From positions 480,001 through 544,000 of the forward strand of contig CAWFXA010000003.1 in assembly GCA_963819655.1 (NCBI GenBank): a stretch of DNA of 64,000 nucleotides, given 5' to 3'. A program made the position numbers and the translations under genes. Position 1 is the stretch's first letter. Every line of letters starts with the position of its first letter. Below are positions 36,904 through 47,820 of the stretch, piece by piece. The notes under the pieces were generated by a model. It was given only the letters and a program-made list of their open reading frames with translations. It did no database searches and had not been told where the DNA came from. Origin of the DNA: an uncultured Chloroflexia bacterium. GTDB taxonomy: Bacteria > Chloroflexota > Limnocylindria > Limnocylindrales > CSP1-4.

Positions 36904-39441
36904 TCAGCGCCGACCCTCGATGGAGCGGCCCAGGAACGTGCCGTCCCAGGTGGCCGTGCCGTCCTCGTCCGCCGTGTAGCGCCATTCGGCGACGATGCGA
37001 TAGGTGAAGTCGCCGGCGGGCCAGCGCACATCGAACTCGGCCTCATCCGTGCCCTGGTACGTGCCGGTCCCGTCCATCGGCTCGCCTTTGACGACCGCGC
37101 AGTCGTCGACCTTGATCGTGTCGACGTAGGCCCCTCCCTCTCCGACGCTGGAGACCTCGAGGCGACCGCCGAAGCGACAGCCGATGGTCAGCGGGTCGAG
37201 GCCGTCCCAGCCGACGTAGTCGGGGTGGGCGAGCAGCTCCAGGTCGAGCGCTCGCGCGCGGAACTCGATCGGGTCGCCGCCGGTCTTGTCGACCGCGAGG
37301 TCGAGGAACGGCGACACCATCTCTCCCGGACAGGACGTGCCCGATTTCGGACGCGCATCGGCGACAAGCAGGTCGATCACGATGTCATCCGGGCAGTCCC
37401 ATCCCCGCCCGAACGTGACGTGCGGTCCGTCCTGGGTCCGGATCAGGTACGCGTCGGTGATGGCCCGATACCGTTCGAAGATCCTGCGGCCGTGCGCGGG
37501 CGGGGTGATCGGGTCACCGGTCGCGGTCAGGATGAGCACCGGGAAACCGGCGGTCGCGGGTGTCGATGGGGGAGGAGCGGCGGCTGCGGGCAGGGGCCAG
37601 GCGTGACACGCGGCGCTCGACAGGTAGACGCTGCCCGTGCGTGACGCGGCGAACAGCGATGACTTGGCGTCCCTCATGAACTGCGACGCGTCGGTCTCCG
37701 AGCCCGCGCTATGGCGGTCCGCGCACGACGCCGCGTAGTACGTGAAATCCGAGATCGCCTCGTAGGCGACGAAGTCGGTCATGCCGCTGTACACGAGGCG
37801 GGCCATGGGAACCCAGTCGCCGCCCTCCGCCGCGCTGAGGGCCCGCAGCGCGAGCATCCTGCCCCCGACGTCGTACATCGCGTTCAGGAGCGTCTCGCGC
37901 ACGGCGTCGTCGGTCAACGGCCAGTCGGTGACGACACCGTCCGTGTCCGCGTAGCTCGCCGAGACCATGTCCTTCTCGACGGTGTTCATGACGTTCGACC
38001 AGACGCTCGCATCGTGGAATCGACAGCCTGCGGTCGCCAGGCAGGTGCCCAGGCTGCGACGCAGCACATCCTCGAAACCCCTGGTCGCCTCGACCCACGC
38101 TGCGTCGGTGGGCTGGGCGATGTCGATCGGCCCGTCGAGGATCAGCGCCTCGAGGTGCTCGGGATGGGCCACCGCATAGCGCTGCGCGACGACCGTGCCG
38201 TAGCTCTCGCCGTACAGGGCGATGCGCTCCACACCCAGGTCGCGCCGGATCGTCTCGATGTCCTCCGCGACGTTGGCGCTTCCATAGTCCGCGAGGCGGG
38301 TTCGATCGACTCCCGTCTCATCGACACATGCGTCAACGAAGTCTTCGATGACCTGCGGCGCCGCGTCGAACCACAGCGATGCCTGGTAGCGCTGACTCGC
38401 GACGGGACAGTCGACGTAGCCCGATTCGCCGACGCCGCGGGCGTCGAACACCACGACGTCGTACGCATCGGTCAGACGGCTGTCGTATGCGGGCGAATCG
38501 GCGTACGCGCTGACACCGCTGATGCCCGGGCCGCCGGTCGCGATGACGAGCGTTCCCCGCGATTCCCTGGTCGCGCGCCGGATGCCGTAGTGCAGCACGG
38601 CTGTCGCCCCGCGCGGGTCATTGGTGACCTGGTCGGCTTGCACGATGATCCAGCGGCAGTCGAGGTCCGCGGCCTGACAGAGGTGGTCGCTCCACAGGTA
38701 CGGGATGTTCGCCGCGGGCGGCACGATCGCGAAGACCGCGAGGAGGGCGATCGCGGGGATGGGCCAGCGTCGATCGCGCTCGCCCGGGTGCGGCTGCCAC
38801 GGATCGGTCGCGTGGATCGCGAGAGCCTCCCGACGCTCGATGTCGCCGACCAGCCAGATCAGCAGCGCCGCCGACAGCGGGAGCGCGAGCCCGCCGACCG
38901 CGCTCACCAGCCAGATGACGCGAGCACCATCGCGGCCCAGAGGCAAGAGCACGCCGAGTGCCCCGATCGCGACGAGGATCATGCCGCCGATCCCGAGCGC
39001 GAAAGCCAGTCGAGCCGTCCGCCTTGCGCCCGCCAGCAGCGGGCCCGGGTCTCCGAACACGGTGAGCGATGCCGCGACGGGTCCCGACCACCGGCGGCCC
39101 ACGACAACGGCCGCGACACCGAGCAGCAGAAGCCCCGCCTGGATCGCCAGCGCGAGCAGCGCGATCGACGCGAGCTCGGGTGTCGTGACGAGGTCCGGGT
39201 CGATCCGCCCGGAGAGGATGGCCGCCGAACGGATCCCGATCGCGCCGAGTGCGAGTCCGGCGAGGCCGATCAGGAATGCGATCCAGCGGAGCATTGCGCC
39301 ACCTCGTGTCGCGCGGCTGACCCGGGGAGGCGCGGGGGGCACGAACGGCTGGAACAACGGCGGCGGCGTGGGTTCGTCGGGCGGCGGCACCGGGTCGGGC
39401 GTCGGCGCGCCCGGCTCCCCGGTCAGGTCATCGCGCGGCAC
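36904..39441 (-). CDS. Membrane-anchored alpha/beta hydrolase (TAP-like peptidase)
   Basis: N-terminal TM bundle; GGPG, FDARGVG, GESYG nucleophile, DPITP and H catalytic motifs. Confidence 0.85.
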   Translation of the reverse strand: MPRDDLTGEPGAPTPDPVPPPDEPTPPPLFQPFVPPAPPRVSRATRGGAMLRWIAFLIGLAGLALGAIGIRSAAILSGRIDPDLVTTPELASIALLALAIQAGLLLLGVAAVVVGRRWSGPVAASLTVFGDPGPLLAGARRTARLAFALGIGGMILVAIGALGVLLPLGRDGARVIWLVSAVGGLALPLSAALLIWLVGDIERREALAIHATDPWQPHPGERDRRWPIPAIALLAVFAIVPPAANIPYLWSDHLCQAADLDCRWIIVQADQVTNDPRGATAVLHYGIRRATRESRGTLVIATGGPGISGVSAYADSPAYDSRLTDAYDVVVFDARGVGESGYVDCPVASQRYQASLWFDAAPQVIEDFVDACVDETGVDRTRLADYGSANVAEDIETIRRDLGVERIALYGESYGTVVAQRYAVAHPEHLEALILDGPIDIAQPTDAAWVEATRGFEDVLRRSLGTCLATAGCRFHDASVWSNVMNTVEKDMVSASYADTDGVVTDWPLTDDAVRETLLNAMYDVGGRMLALRALSAAEGGDWVPMARLVYSGMTDFVAYEAISDFTYYAASCADRHSAGSETDASQFMRDAKSSLFAASRTGSVYLSSAACHAWPLPAAAAPPPSTPATAGFPVLILTATGDPITPPAHGRRIFERYRAITDAYLIRTQDGPHVTFGRGWDCPDDIVIDLLVADARPKSGTSCPGEMVSPFLDLAVDKTGGDPIEFRARALDLELLAHPDYVGWDGLDPLTIGCRFGGRLEVSSVGEGGAYVDTIKVDDCAVVKGEPMDGTGTYQGTDEAEFDVRWPAGDFTYRIVAEWRYTADEDGTATWDGTFLGRSIEGRR

Positions 39442-39479
39442 GGGCTCACCCCCTCTGCCGGTTCGCTGGGTCGGGTGGG

Positions 39480-41567
39480 TCAGTGCCCCCCGTGCCCGGC
39501 CTCCACTGCCTTGCGATGCTCGGCGATGACCTTGTCCGCGAGGTGGGACGGGACGTCCTCGTAGTGGTCCAGGGTCGCGCTGAAGGTGCCCCGACCCTGG
39601 GCCAGCGAACGCAGTTCCGTGGCGTACGAGAACAGCTCGGCCTGCGGCACATGCGCGGTGATGATCTGGATGCCGCCGTCGCTGTCCATGCCGAGCACGC
39701 GTCCACGCCGGCCGTTGAGGTCCCGGTTCACCTCACCCATGTACGCCTCCGGGATGCGGATCTCGACGAGCATGATGGGCTCGAGGAGTGCCGGCTTCGC
39801 CTGCTGGACGCCGTCCTTGAGCGCCATCGACGCCGCGATCTTGAACGACAGCTCGTTCGAATCGACCGTGTGGAACGACCCGTCATACAGCGTCGCCTTG
39901 AAATCGGATAGTGGGTAGCCGGCGAGGACTCCTTCGGCTGCGGCCTCGCGGATGCCCTTCTCGACGCCGGGAAAGAAACCCTTCGGCACGCTGCCACCGA
40001 CGATCCGTTCCGCGAACTCCACGCCACCGTCCGGGTTCGGCTCGAGCTCGATCCAGACGTCGCCGAACATGCCGTGGCCGCCGGTCTGCTTCTTGTACCG
40101 GCCGTGGACCTTGGTCGTGCCCCGGATCGTCTCCTTGTAGGGGACCTTCGGCGAATGGGTCGCGATGGCCGCACCGAACTTGCGCTTCAGCCGTTCCAGG
40201 ATGACAGAGGTGTGCGCCTCGCCCATGGTCCGCAACACCTGCTCGCCGGTCGCCGTGCGCTCGAGCCGGACCGTCGGATCCTCCTCGAGCAGCCGGGCGA
40301 GGGCAGGACCCATCTTGTCGAGGTCCTGCTTCGACACCGGTTCGATCGCGACGACCAGCGCCGGCGGCGGGAAGTCGAGGGGGAGCAGGCGGAGCGGCTT
40401 CTCCTTCGACCCGAGCGTGTCGCCGGTCTCGGTCACGGACAGCTTGGCGACCGCGCCGATCTCGCCTGCCTTCAGCTCGCCGATCGGTTCCTGTTCCTTG
40501 CCGTGCAGCAGCAGCAGCTGACCGATCCGCTCGTCCTCGTCGCGGGTCGTGTTCCAGACGTGGGCCTGCGAGTGGAGCGTGCCCGACAGCACGCGCACGT
40601 ATGTCAGCCGCCCGACGAACGGGTCGGCGGTCGTCTTGAAGACCCGGACCAGGAGGGGTCCGTTCTCGTCGGCAGGCACCTCCACGGTCGCGCCGGACTT
40701 GTCGAGCGCCTTGACCGGCGCCTCGTCGGCCGGGGAGGGGAGATAACGGGTGAAGGCGTCGAGGAGCGCCCGCAGGCCGATCCCCTTGGCGGCCGACCCC
40801 ACGAGGACCGGCGCGAGGATGCTCTCCTTGACGCCCTTCCTGAGGCACGCCTCGAGCTCCGGGTCCGAGACATCCTCGCCGTCGAGGTACTTGACGAGCA
40901 CGTCGTCGTCCGCCTCGGCAGCCGCCGCGAGGAGCTGATCGCGACGCTTGGCGACCTCATCCGCCAGGTCGTCGGGGATGGGGACCTCGGTCTCCTCCGA
41001 GCCGTCCCATATGTACGCCTTCCGATGGACCAGGTCGACATGGCCCCTGAACGACTCCGCGGAGCCGATCGCGATCTGGAGCGGAGCGATCTTGTCGCCG
41101 AAGACCGACCGCAGGGCATCCAGCGCGGCGGTCGGATCGGCGTTCTCGCGATCGGACTTGTTGATGAAGAAGCACGCCGCGCGTCCAGACGAACGGCCGA
41201 GTGCGACAGCCTGCTCGAGACCGGCCTCGACGCCGGCCGAGGCGTCCATGACGAACAGCGCGCCGTCGACCGCGGCGAAGCCCTCGATCATGTCGGCGAT
41301 GAAGTCGGGGTAGCCCGGTGTGTCGACCAGGGAGATTCGCGTTCCGTCGTACTCGAACGTCCCGACCGCGAGGCTCAGCGACTCCTTGCGCTTCTGCTCC
41401 TCGGGCTCGAAATCGAGGTGCGCTGTCCCGTCGTCGACTCGCCCGAGTCGCGGGATCGCCGCCGCCTTGAACAGCAGCTGCTCGGCGAGCGTCGTCTTGC
41501 CGCCACCGGCGTGGCCGGCCAGGACGACGCTTCGAAGGTGGGGCAGATCGACGCTCTTCATCGTCAT
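39480..41567 (-). CDS. Elongation factor G-like protein (EF-G2 paralog)
   Basis: GHAGGGKTT, DTPG, NKSD, KKQTGGHG, DGSFH, EPIM; lacks RGITI; not in the str operon. Confidence 0.92.
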   Translation of the reverse strand: MTMKSVDLPHLRSVVLAGHAGGGKTTLAEQLLFKAAAIPRLGRVDDGTAHLDFEPEEQKRKESLSLAVGTFEYDGTRISLVDTPGYPDFIADMIEGFAAVDGALFVMDASAGVEAGLEQAVALGRSSGRAACFFINKSDRENADPTAALDALRSVFGDKIAPLQIAIGSAESFRGHVDLVHRKAYIWDGSEETEVPIPDDLADEVAKRRDQLLAAAAEADDDVLVKYLDGEDVSDPELEACLRKGVKESILAPVLVGSAAKGIGLRALLDAFTRYLPSPADEAPVKALDKSGATVEVPADENGPLLVRVFKTTADPFVGRLTYVRVLSGTLHSQAHVWNTTRDEDERIGQLLLLHGKEQEPIGELKAGEIGAVAKLSVTETGDTLGSKEKPLRLLPLDFPPPALVVAIEPVSKQDLDKMGPALARLLEEDPTVRLERTATGEQVLRTMGEAHTSVILERLKRKFGAAIATHSPKVPYKETIRGTTKVHGRYKKQTGGHGMFGDVWIELEPNPDGGVEFAERIVGGSVPKGFFPGVEKGIREAAAEGVLAGYPLSDFKATLYDGSFHTVDSNELSFKIAASMALKDGVQQAKPALLEPIMLVEIRIPEAYMGEVNRDLNGRRGRVLGMDSDGGIQIITAHVPQAELFSYATELRSLAQGRGTFSATLDHYEDVPSHLADKVIAEHRKAVEAGHGGH

Positions 41568-41660
41568 CGGCTCGACGGTCCTCCTAGGTTGCGAGAGGGT
41601 GCCGGAAGGGCCTCGGAGCGGGGGGTCCGGCCATGATAGTCGGCTATACTCCGGCCCGCG

Positions 41661-42413
41661 ATGTCAGGTCATTCCAAGTGGTCGACGATCAAGCGCCAGA
41701 AGGGCGCCAATGATGCCAAACGGGGGGCCCTCTTCACGAAGGTCGCGCGCGAGATCTCGGTCGCCGCGCGTCTCGGCGGGGGCGACCCGGACGCCAACTA
41801 TCGACTCCGCCTGGCGATCGAGAAGGCCCGCTCGGTCAACATGCCGGCCGACAATATCAAGCGCACGATCGACAAGGCGACCGGCGGCGGCGATGCCGAG
41901 CAGTTCGAAGAGATCGTCTACGAGGGCTACGGTCCGGGCGGCGTGGCGGTCCTCGTCGAGGCCCAGACCGATAACCGCAATCGGACGGCTGCCGAGGTCC
42001 GCTCGATGTTCACGAAGAGCGGCGGTCAGCTGGCCGGATCCGGCGCGGTCGCCTGGCAGTTCGAACCGCGCGGGCTCATCACGGTCGCGCGCAACGGCAT
42101 CGACGCCGACGAGGTGACGCTGACCGCGATCGACGCGGGCGCGGAGGACGTCGACACCGACGACAGCGACGCCATCGAGATCTACACGACGCCGGGCGAC
42201 CTCCAGCGCGTGCGCGCATCGCTCGAGGGGGCTGGCGTGCCGGTCGAGTCCGCCGAGTCGACCATGATCGCCAAGCAGACCGTCGAACTGGATGCGGCCA
42301 AGGCGCGCCAGGCGCTGCGACTCGTGGAGCAGCTCGAGGACCTCGAGGACGTCTCGCGCGTCACGGCCAACTTCGACATCCCCGAAGAGGTCTTCGCCGA
42401 GGTCGCTGGGTGA
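41661..42413 (+). CDS. yebC: YebC/PmpR family protein
   Basis: [27 protein letters not shown]. Confidence 0.96.
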   Translation: MSGHSKWSTIKRQKGANDAKRGALFTKVAREISVAARLGGGDPDANYRLRLAIEKARSVNMPADNIKRTIDKATGGGDAEQFEEIVYEGYGPGGVAVLVEAQTDNRNRTAAEVRSMFTKSGGQLAGSGAVAWQFEPRGLITVARNGIDADEVTLTAIDAGAEDVDTDDSDAIEIYTTPGDLQRVRASLEGAGVPVESAESTMIAKQTVELDAAKARQALRLVEQLEDLEDVSRVTANFDIPEEVFAEVAG

Positions 42414-43078
42414 TCGTGCTCGGGATCGACCCGGGGACGGCCGCGCTGGGATACGGGATCGTCGAGTCGACGCGGGGGCGTCTGCGCGCGATCGACTACG
42501 GCTGCCTCGAAACGTCGGCAGACACGGCGATGCCGGATCGGCTACTCGCCGTCCACGCGCTCGTCGACGAGCTGATCGAGTTGCATCGGCCCGTGGTGAT
42601 GGCGGTCGAGCGGCTGTTCTTCTCGCGCAATGCGCAGACCGCATTGGGCGTGGGGCAGGCTCGCGGCGTCGTGCTGCTGGCCGCCGCACAGCGCGGCGTG
42701 CCGGTGCGCGAGGCGACACCGAACGAGGTGAAATCGGCCATCGCAGGCTACGGAGCCGCCGACAAGGACCAGGTCCAGCGCATGGTCCAGGTGGTGCTCG
42801 AGATGGCCGCGGTGCCACGGCCCGATGACGCCGCCGACGCCCTGGCGATCGCCGTGTGGGCGGCGAACAGCGAACGAGCGGGCGCGGCGCATCTTTCGCC
42901 GGTCATGGATCGCTCCGCTGTCGCGCCCATCACCCGGGGAGCGTCGGGCTACGAGCGGGCGGTGCGGGAAGCGCTTGCGCACGAGAAGGCCGTGACCCGG
43001 GGCAAGGCCGTGACCCGAGGCGCGGCGCGGCCTGAGGCGCGAGCCGCCACACGGGCCGCCAAGCGCTCGGCCTCCTAG
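42410..43078 (+). CDS. ruvC: Holliday junction resolvase RuvC
   Basis: [31 protein letters not shown]. Confidence 0.95.
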   Translation: MIVLGIDPGTAALGYGIVESTRGRLRAIDYGCLETSADTAMPDRLLAVHALVDELIELHRPVVMAVERLFFSRNAQTALGVGQARGVVLLAAAQRGVPVREATPNEVKSAIAGYGAADKDQVQRMVQVVLEMAAVPRPDDAADALAIAVWAANSERAGAAHLSPVMDRSAVAPITRGASGYERAVREALAHEKAVTRGKAVTRGAARPEARAATRAAKRSAS

Positions 43079-43087
43079 GGTCGCCCG

Positions 43088-43687
43088 TTGATCGCATCCG
43101 TCGAGGGGGTCGTCGGCGCGATCGCTGCCGATTCGCTGGTCATCGAGGTCGGTGGGATCGGCTATCGCGTGTTCACCGCGCCGTCCGTGCTTGTGGCGGC
43201 AGCGGCGGGCGGGCGGCTGAAGCTCCACACCTACCACCTCGTCCGCGAGGACCAGCAGGCCCTCTACGGGTTTCGGTCCGCCGAGGAGCTCGGGTTCTTC
43301 AACTTGTTGCTGACCGTGACCGGGGTCGGACCGAAGGTCGCGCTCGCGATCGTCGGGTCGCGGCCGACCGCCGATCTGCAGCTCGCGATCATGACCGGCG
43401 ACCAGGCCGTGCTGGTGTCGATCCCGGGCATCGGCAAGAAGCTGGCCGAGCGGGTCATCTTCGAGTTGAAGGAGAAGGTCGCGGCGGCAGGGGTTGCGGC
43501 GGTCGAGGCCGGCGCGGTCGGCACGCCCGGCGGGGCCGAGACCGAAGTGGTCGCTGCCCTGCAGGCGCTCGGGTACTCGCAGGCTGAGGCTCGAGAGGCC
43601 TCACGGACGGCCCTCGCCGACGCCACGATCGGCGGCACGCTCGAGGAGCGCGTCAAGGCGGCGTTGCGGAGCCTGTTGCGCGACTAG
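43088..43687 (+). CDS. ruvA: Holliday junction branch migration protein RuvA
   Basis: GGIGY, VRED, LYGF, GVGPKVA, PGIGKKLAER, ALQALGY. Confidence 0.96.
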   Translation: MIASVEGVVGAIAADSLVIEVGGIGYRVFTAPSVLVAAAAGGRLKLHTYHLVREDQQALYGFRSAEELGFFNLLLTVTGVGPKVALAIVGSRPTADLQLAIMTGDQAVLVSIPGIGKKLAERVIFELKEKVAAAGVAAVEAGAVGTPGGAETEVVAALQALGYSQAEAREASRTALADATIGGTLEERVKAALRSLLRD

Positions 43688-43689
43688 AG

Positions 43690-43890
43690 CTAGGCGGCGA
43701 CATCCGGGCGCCGCCGGGCCCTTGACCGCGGCGATTCTGTTGGGACCAGACGAACCGGGGCATCGCCGACCGGAACGAGGCGGATCGCGCGTCCGCCACG
43801 CACGGTGGGCGGTTCGCACACCGGGTTCCAGGGCCCTTGTGGGCCTCGTACTGCGGATTCGTATGCTGGGAGCAGAACCCGGCGGCTCAC
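43690..43890 (-). CDS. Possible small hypothetical protein (66 aa)
   Basis: Exactly fills the ruvA-PhzF gap and its GTG overlaps the PhzF stop (GTGA); no recognisable motif. Confidence 0.3.
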   Translation of the reverse strand: MSRRVLLPAYESAVRGPQGPWNPVCEPPTVRGGRAIRLVPVGDAPVRLVPTESPRSRARRRPDVAA

Positions 43891-44741
43891 GCCGGGATTG
43901 GCACCGCGTTTCCTGACACCCTGACACCGGCTTCGCCATGCACGATCGACACGGTCAGGAGGCTCGGACGGCCCATCTCGACGCCTTGCTGGACCTCGAG
44001 TGTCGCCGGTGCCGTGATCTCGCCCCGCTCGCGCAGGTACGCGCCCAGCGCCGCCGCGGCCGCGCCCGTCGCCGGGTCCTCGACGACGCCGCCGACCGCG
44101 AACGGGTCGCGGGCGCGAAATCGGGTCGGGGTCTCGCGCCAGATCAGCTGGATCGTGGTGAGGTCGTGGTCGAGCATCAGGCGCTGCATGGGGTCGAAGT
44201 CGTACGACATCCGGCCGAGCGTCTCAAGGTCGCGGACCGCGAGGATCAGGTGCTTGACGCCGGCGTACCCGATGGCCGCCGGAAGAGCCGGGTCGAGCTC
44301 ATCGTGCCGCCAGCCCAGCAGGGTAAGCACGCCGTCGACGAGGGCGTCAGGAGCATCGAGCACCCACGGCTCTACCGATGTCAGCGTCGCTCGGGACCGC
44401 CCGTCAGAGTCGATGTCGATGGCGACGTCGACCACGCCATCATTCGTGGTCAGCGCGAGGTTCGCGGGCTCGCGCCGTTCGGCGAGGGCCACGCCGGCCG
44501 CGATCGTCGCGTGGCCGCAGAAAGCGATCTCCGCGAGGGGGCTGAAGTAGCGGACGCGGAACCGGCCAGGCTCGCGCGAGCCGTCGGGGGCGAGGAACGC
44601 AGTTTCGGAATACCCGACATCTGCCGCGATCTGTTGCATCTCGTCGGCCGGCGGCAACACGTCCCCGATCCAGACACCGGCCGGATTGCCGCCGGCGGGG
44701 TCGGTGGTGAACGCGGCGAGTCGGAGGAGCGTCCCGCTCAC
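43887..44741 (-). CDS. PhzF family isomerase
   Basis: AFT...GGNPAGV, SETAF, FCGHAT, EDPATG, QGVEMGRPS. Confidence 0.92.
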   Translation of the reverse strand: MSGTLLRLAAFTTDPAGGNPAGVWIGDVLPPADEMQQIAADVGYSETAFLAPDGSREPGRFRVRYFSPLAEIAFCGHATIAAGVALAERREPANLALTTNDGVVDVAIDIDSDGRSRATLTSVEPWVLDAPDALVDGVLTLLGWRHDELDPALPAAIGYAGVKHLILAVRDLETLGRMSYDFDPMQRLMLDHDLTTIQLIWRETPTRFRARDPFAVGGVVEDPATGAAAAALGAYLRERGEITAPATLEVQQGVEMGRPSLLTVSIVHGEAGVRVSGNAVPIPA

Positions 44742-44742
44742 C

Positions 44743-45219
44743 TCACGGGCGACGGCCGGCCAGCGCGTCGGCGTGGATCCCGCGTGGATCGATCGAGGCA
44801 CGCCCCTGTCGTGCGGCCATCTCGGCGAGCGTCTCGCGGTCGAGGATCTCGAGCATCGCGTCACGCACGTCGATCATCACGTCGCGCAGCGGGCAGGTCG
44901 CCTCGTCCGGACAGGAACACCGGCCGTAATACCGCAACGAGACGCACGGGAGCGGCGCCAACGCACCGTCGAGCAGTCGGACGACACGCCCGATCGAGAT
45001 CGTTGTCGGATCCGCGTCGATGGCATAGCCGCCGTGGGCGCCGAGGGTCGTGCGCACGATCCCGCCGTGCTTGAGCGTCGCCATGATCTGCTCGAGGAAC
45101 TTGGTCGGGAGGTTGTTGCGCTGGGCCAGGACGGCGAGCGCAACCGGGGCAGAGCCGTCCTGGCGCACGAGATCGACGAGCGCGCGGAGGCCGTACTCGG
45201 ATCGGCGGGAAAGGCGCAT
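44743..45219 (-). CDS. Rrf2 family transcriptional regulator
   Basis: YGLRAL, KFLEQI, GAHGGY, DGALAP + Cys cluster CVS..CSC..C. Confidence 0.92.
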   Translation of the reverse strand: MRLSRRSEYGLRALVDLVRQDGSAPVALAVLAQRNNLPTKFLEQIMATLKHGGIVRTTLGAHGGYAIDADPTTISIGRVVRLLDGALAPLPCVSLRYYGRCSCPDEATCPLRDVMIDVRDAMLEILDRETLAEMAARQGRASIDPRGIHADALAGRRP

Positions 45220-45453
45220 CGGCGGAATGGTATCCCCGAAGCCCTAGTCGCGTGGTGGGCATTCGGGGAGCGCGACTATGGCGCACCTTTTCGGGCCGAG
45301 CGAGGTTGGAAGGCGTCGTTCGTGCCGACATCCCGACTGCGAAGCGCGCATCCCGGCTGTGGGCACTGACGCGCGGACTTTCGGCTCGAAATCGCGACTG
45401 GCACGCACGTAGGCGCGATCGCCGATTGCCCGGAACCCAACCACACCAGGGTA

Positions 45454-45465
45454 GAACATGTGTGC
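45454..45465 (+). promoter_or_regulatory. Candidate LexA (GAAC-N4-GTTC-type) box upstream of ruvB
   Basis: GAACATGTGTGC, one mismatch, overlapping the expected -35 position of a TGnTACCAT promoter. Confidence 0.4.
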
Positions 45466-45499
45466 GAAATCCCCGGATGCTGTGCTACCATCGCGCGCG

Positions 45500-46606
45500 A
45501 TGGTCGACGACGCCACGAGCATGCAGATCCTGTCCGCCGAGCTCGACGAGGAGATCGATCCCGTCGTCGAAGGCACTCTCAGACCCAAGTCGCTGGCCGA
45601 GTACATCGGTCAGGCCGAGGTCAAGTCGAACCTGTCGGTCCTGCTCCAGGCGGCCAAGGGCAGGGGAGAGGCCGCCGACCACATCCTGCTGTACGGCCCG
45701 CCCGGCCTTGGCAAGACGACGCTCGCGACGATCGTCGCCCGCGAGCTCGGGGTCAACGTCCGGTACACGTCGGGTCCGGCCATCGAACGGGCCGGCGACC
45801 TGGCCGCGATCCTCACCTCGCTCGAGGAACGCGACGTCCTGTTCATCGACGAGGTCCACCGGCTCAACCGCGCTGTCGAGGAGATCCTGTACCCGGCGAT
45901 GGAGGACTACGCGCTCGACGTGATGATCGGCAAGGGGCCGTCCGCGCGGAGCCTCAGGCTGAGCCTCAAGCCGTTCACGATCGTCGGGGCCACGACGCGT
46001 GCGGGCCGGATCAGCTCCCCGTTGCGTGACCGCTTCGGCGCCACGTACCGGCTCGACTTCTACACCGAGGACGAGCTCGCCCAGATCGTCGACCGCTCGG
46101 CGGAGATCCTCGACGTGCCGATCGACGCCGCCGCCACCCGGGCGATCGCGCGCCGCGGTCGAGGCACGCCACGCATCGTCAATCGACTGCTCAAGCGTGT
46201 CCGCGACAACGCCCAAGTGCACGGCGACGGTCGCGTCCACGAGGAGACCGCGCGCGACGCGATGCGGCGCATGGAGATCGACGACGAGGGGCTCGATTCG
46301 GCCGATCGCAAGCTGCTCGCGGCGATCATCCAGAAGTTCGCGTCGGGCCCGGTCGGGGTCGCCGCGCTCGCGGCGGTGCTGTCCGAGGAGGTCGACACGA
46401 TCGAGGACGTCCACGAGCCGTTCCTGCTGCGGCTCGGGTTCATCGACCGGACACCGCAGGGCCGCATCGCGACCGACCTCGGCCGCGCCCACCTGTCGGC
46501 GCTGGGCTACGAGATCCCGCCACCGCGACGCGCCGAGGCCGGGATGCCCAGCCTGTGGGACGACCCGATCGACCCGATCGACCCGGCCGAGACGGACGAG
46601 GCGTGA
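45500..46606 (+). CDS. ruvB: Holliday junction branch migration helicase RuvB
   Basis: [42 protein letters not shown]. Confidence 0.97.
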   Translation: MVDDATSMQILSAELDEEIDPVVEGTLRPKSLAEYIGQAEVKSNLSVLLQAAKGRGEAADHILLYGPPGLGKTTLATIVARELGVNVRYTSGPAIERAGDLAAILTSLEERDVLFIDEVHRLNRAVEEILYPAMEDYALDVMIGKGPSARSLRLSLKPFTIVGATTRAGRISSPLRDRFGATYRLDFYTEDELAQIVDRSAEILDVPIDAAATRAIARRGRGTPRIVNRLLKRVRDNAQVHGDGRVHEETARDAMRRMEIDDEGLDSADRKLLAAIIQKFASGPVGVAALAAVLSEEVDTIEDVHEPFLLRLGFIDRTPQGRIATDLGRAHLSALGYEIPPPRRAEAGMPSLWDDPIDPIDPAETDEA

Positions 46607-47778
46607 CGGGGCCGTTCGTCTCGTCGTCCGCGCGGTTCGAGGTCACGACGCCTGCTCCGGCCGACGGTTCGACGCGGGCACGGACCGGGCTGCTGACGCT
46701 GGCGCGCGGGTCGGTCGAGACCCCGCAATTCATGCCGGTCGGCACGAACGCGACGGTCAAGGCGCTCGCCCCTGACGACATCAAGGACGCCGGCGCGACG
46801 ATCATCCTCGCCAACACCTATCACCTCTACCTGCGCCCCGGCCACGAGCGGATCGCGAAGCTCGGCGGGCTGCACCGGTTCATGGACTGGGATCGGCCGA
46901 TCCTGACCGACTCGGGCGGGTATCAGGTCGTGTCGCTGGGCGACCTGCGGGTCGTCGATGAGGACGGCGTCACGTTCCGCTCACACCTCGACGGCTCGAT
47001 GCATCGCTTCACCCCCGAACACGCCACGGCGGTCCAGGAGGCGCTCGGCTCGGACGTGGCGGTGGCGTTCGACCAGCCGGTCTACCCGAGCTCACCCCGC
47101 GAGGTCGTCGCCGACGCCACCGCCCGGACGCATCGATGGGCGGAGCGGTCGCTGGCCGCGCATCGGCGTCCGGACCAGGCGATGTTCGGGATCGTCCAGG
47201 GCGGGCTCGATCCGGAGCTGCGCGCGGAGTCGACGCGCTTCATCGCGGCGCTGCCGTTCGACGGCCTGTGTATCGGCGGACTGGCAGGCGACGAGACGCC
47301 GGAGGAACGCGAGGCTGCGCTCGATGTGGCAGTGCCGCTGCTGGCCGACGATCCGCGGCCGCGCTACCTGATGGGTCTCGGTTCGCCGGCTGACCTGCTC
47401 GAGGCGGTCCACCGGGGCATCGACCTGTTCGACAGCGTGCTGCCGGCGCGCGTGGCACGGAATGGCCAGCTGTGGGTGCCAGGCGGACGGCTGAACATGC
47501 GCAACCGGGCGTTCCTCGACGATGGCGGGCCGGTCCAGGAAGACTGCCCGTGCCTCCTGTGCCGACGTTTCTCACGCGCCTACATCGCCCATCTGGTCCG
47601 CGCGAAGGAGCTGCTTGCGTACCGTCTCGCGACTTGTCACAACCTCACCTTCACCCTAGACTTCATGGCCAGGATCCGAGCCTCGATCCGGGCCGGGACC
47701 TTCCCCGCCGAGATGCCCGATCTGCGCTCCCGCGCGGGCCGGATTAGTGGTAGTGAAGTCGCCGAGCAGTCGGCGTGA
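46603..47778 (+). CDS. tgt: tRNA-guanine transglycosylase
   Basis: [37 protein letters not shown], CxCxxC...HN zinc site. Confidence 0.95.
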   Translation: MTGPFVSSSARFEVTTPAPADGSTRARTGLLTLARGSVETPQFMPVGTNATVKALAPDDIKDAGATIILANTYHLYLRPGHERIAKLGGLHRFMDWDRPILTDSGGYQVVSLGDLRVVDEDGVTFRSHLDGSMHRFTPEHATAVQEALGSDVAVAFDQPVYPSSPREVVADATARTHRWAERSLAAHRRPDQAMFGIVQGGLDPELRAESTRFIAALPFDGLCIGGLAGDETPEEREAALDVAVPLLADDPRPRYLMGLGSPADLLEAVHRGIDLFDSVLPARVARNGQLWVPGGRLNMRNRAFLDDGGPVQEDCPCLLCRRFSRAYIAHLVRAKELLAYRLATCHNLTFTLDFMARIRASIRAGTFPAEMPDLRSRAGRISGSEVAEQSA

Positions 47779-47820
47779 AGGATCAGTCGATACGCTGGAT
47801 GACGACGCGGAGGCGACGCG

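Noticed and set aside
39480-41567. EF-G paralog as a novel factor or tetracycline-resistance protein
   Set aside because: Fits the widespread EF-G2-like class; full five-domain EF-G layout without features pointing to TetM/TetO.
42986-43021. 18-bp tandem duplication (KAVTRG x2) in the RuvC tail
   Set aside because: Short in-frame duplication in a low-complexity extension; no sign of function.
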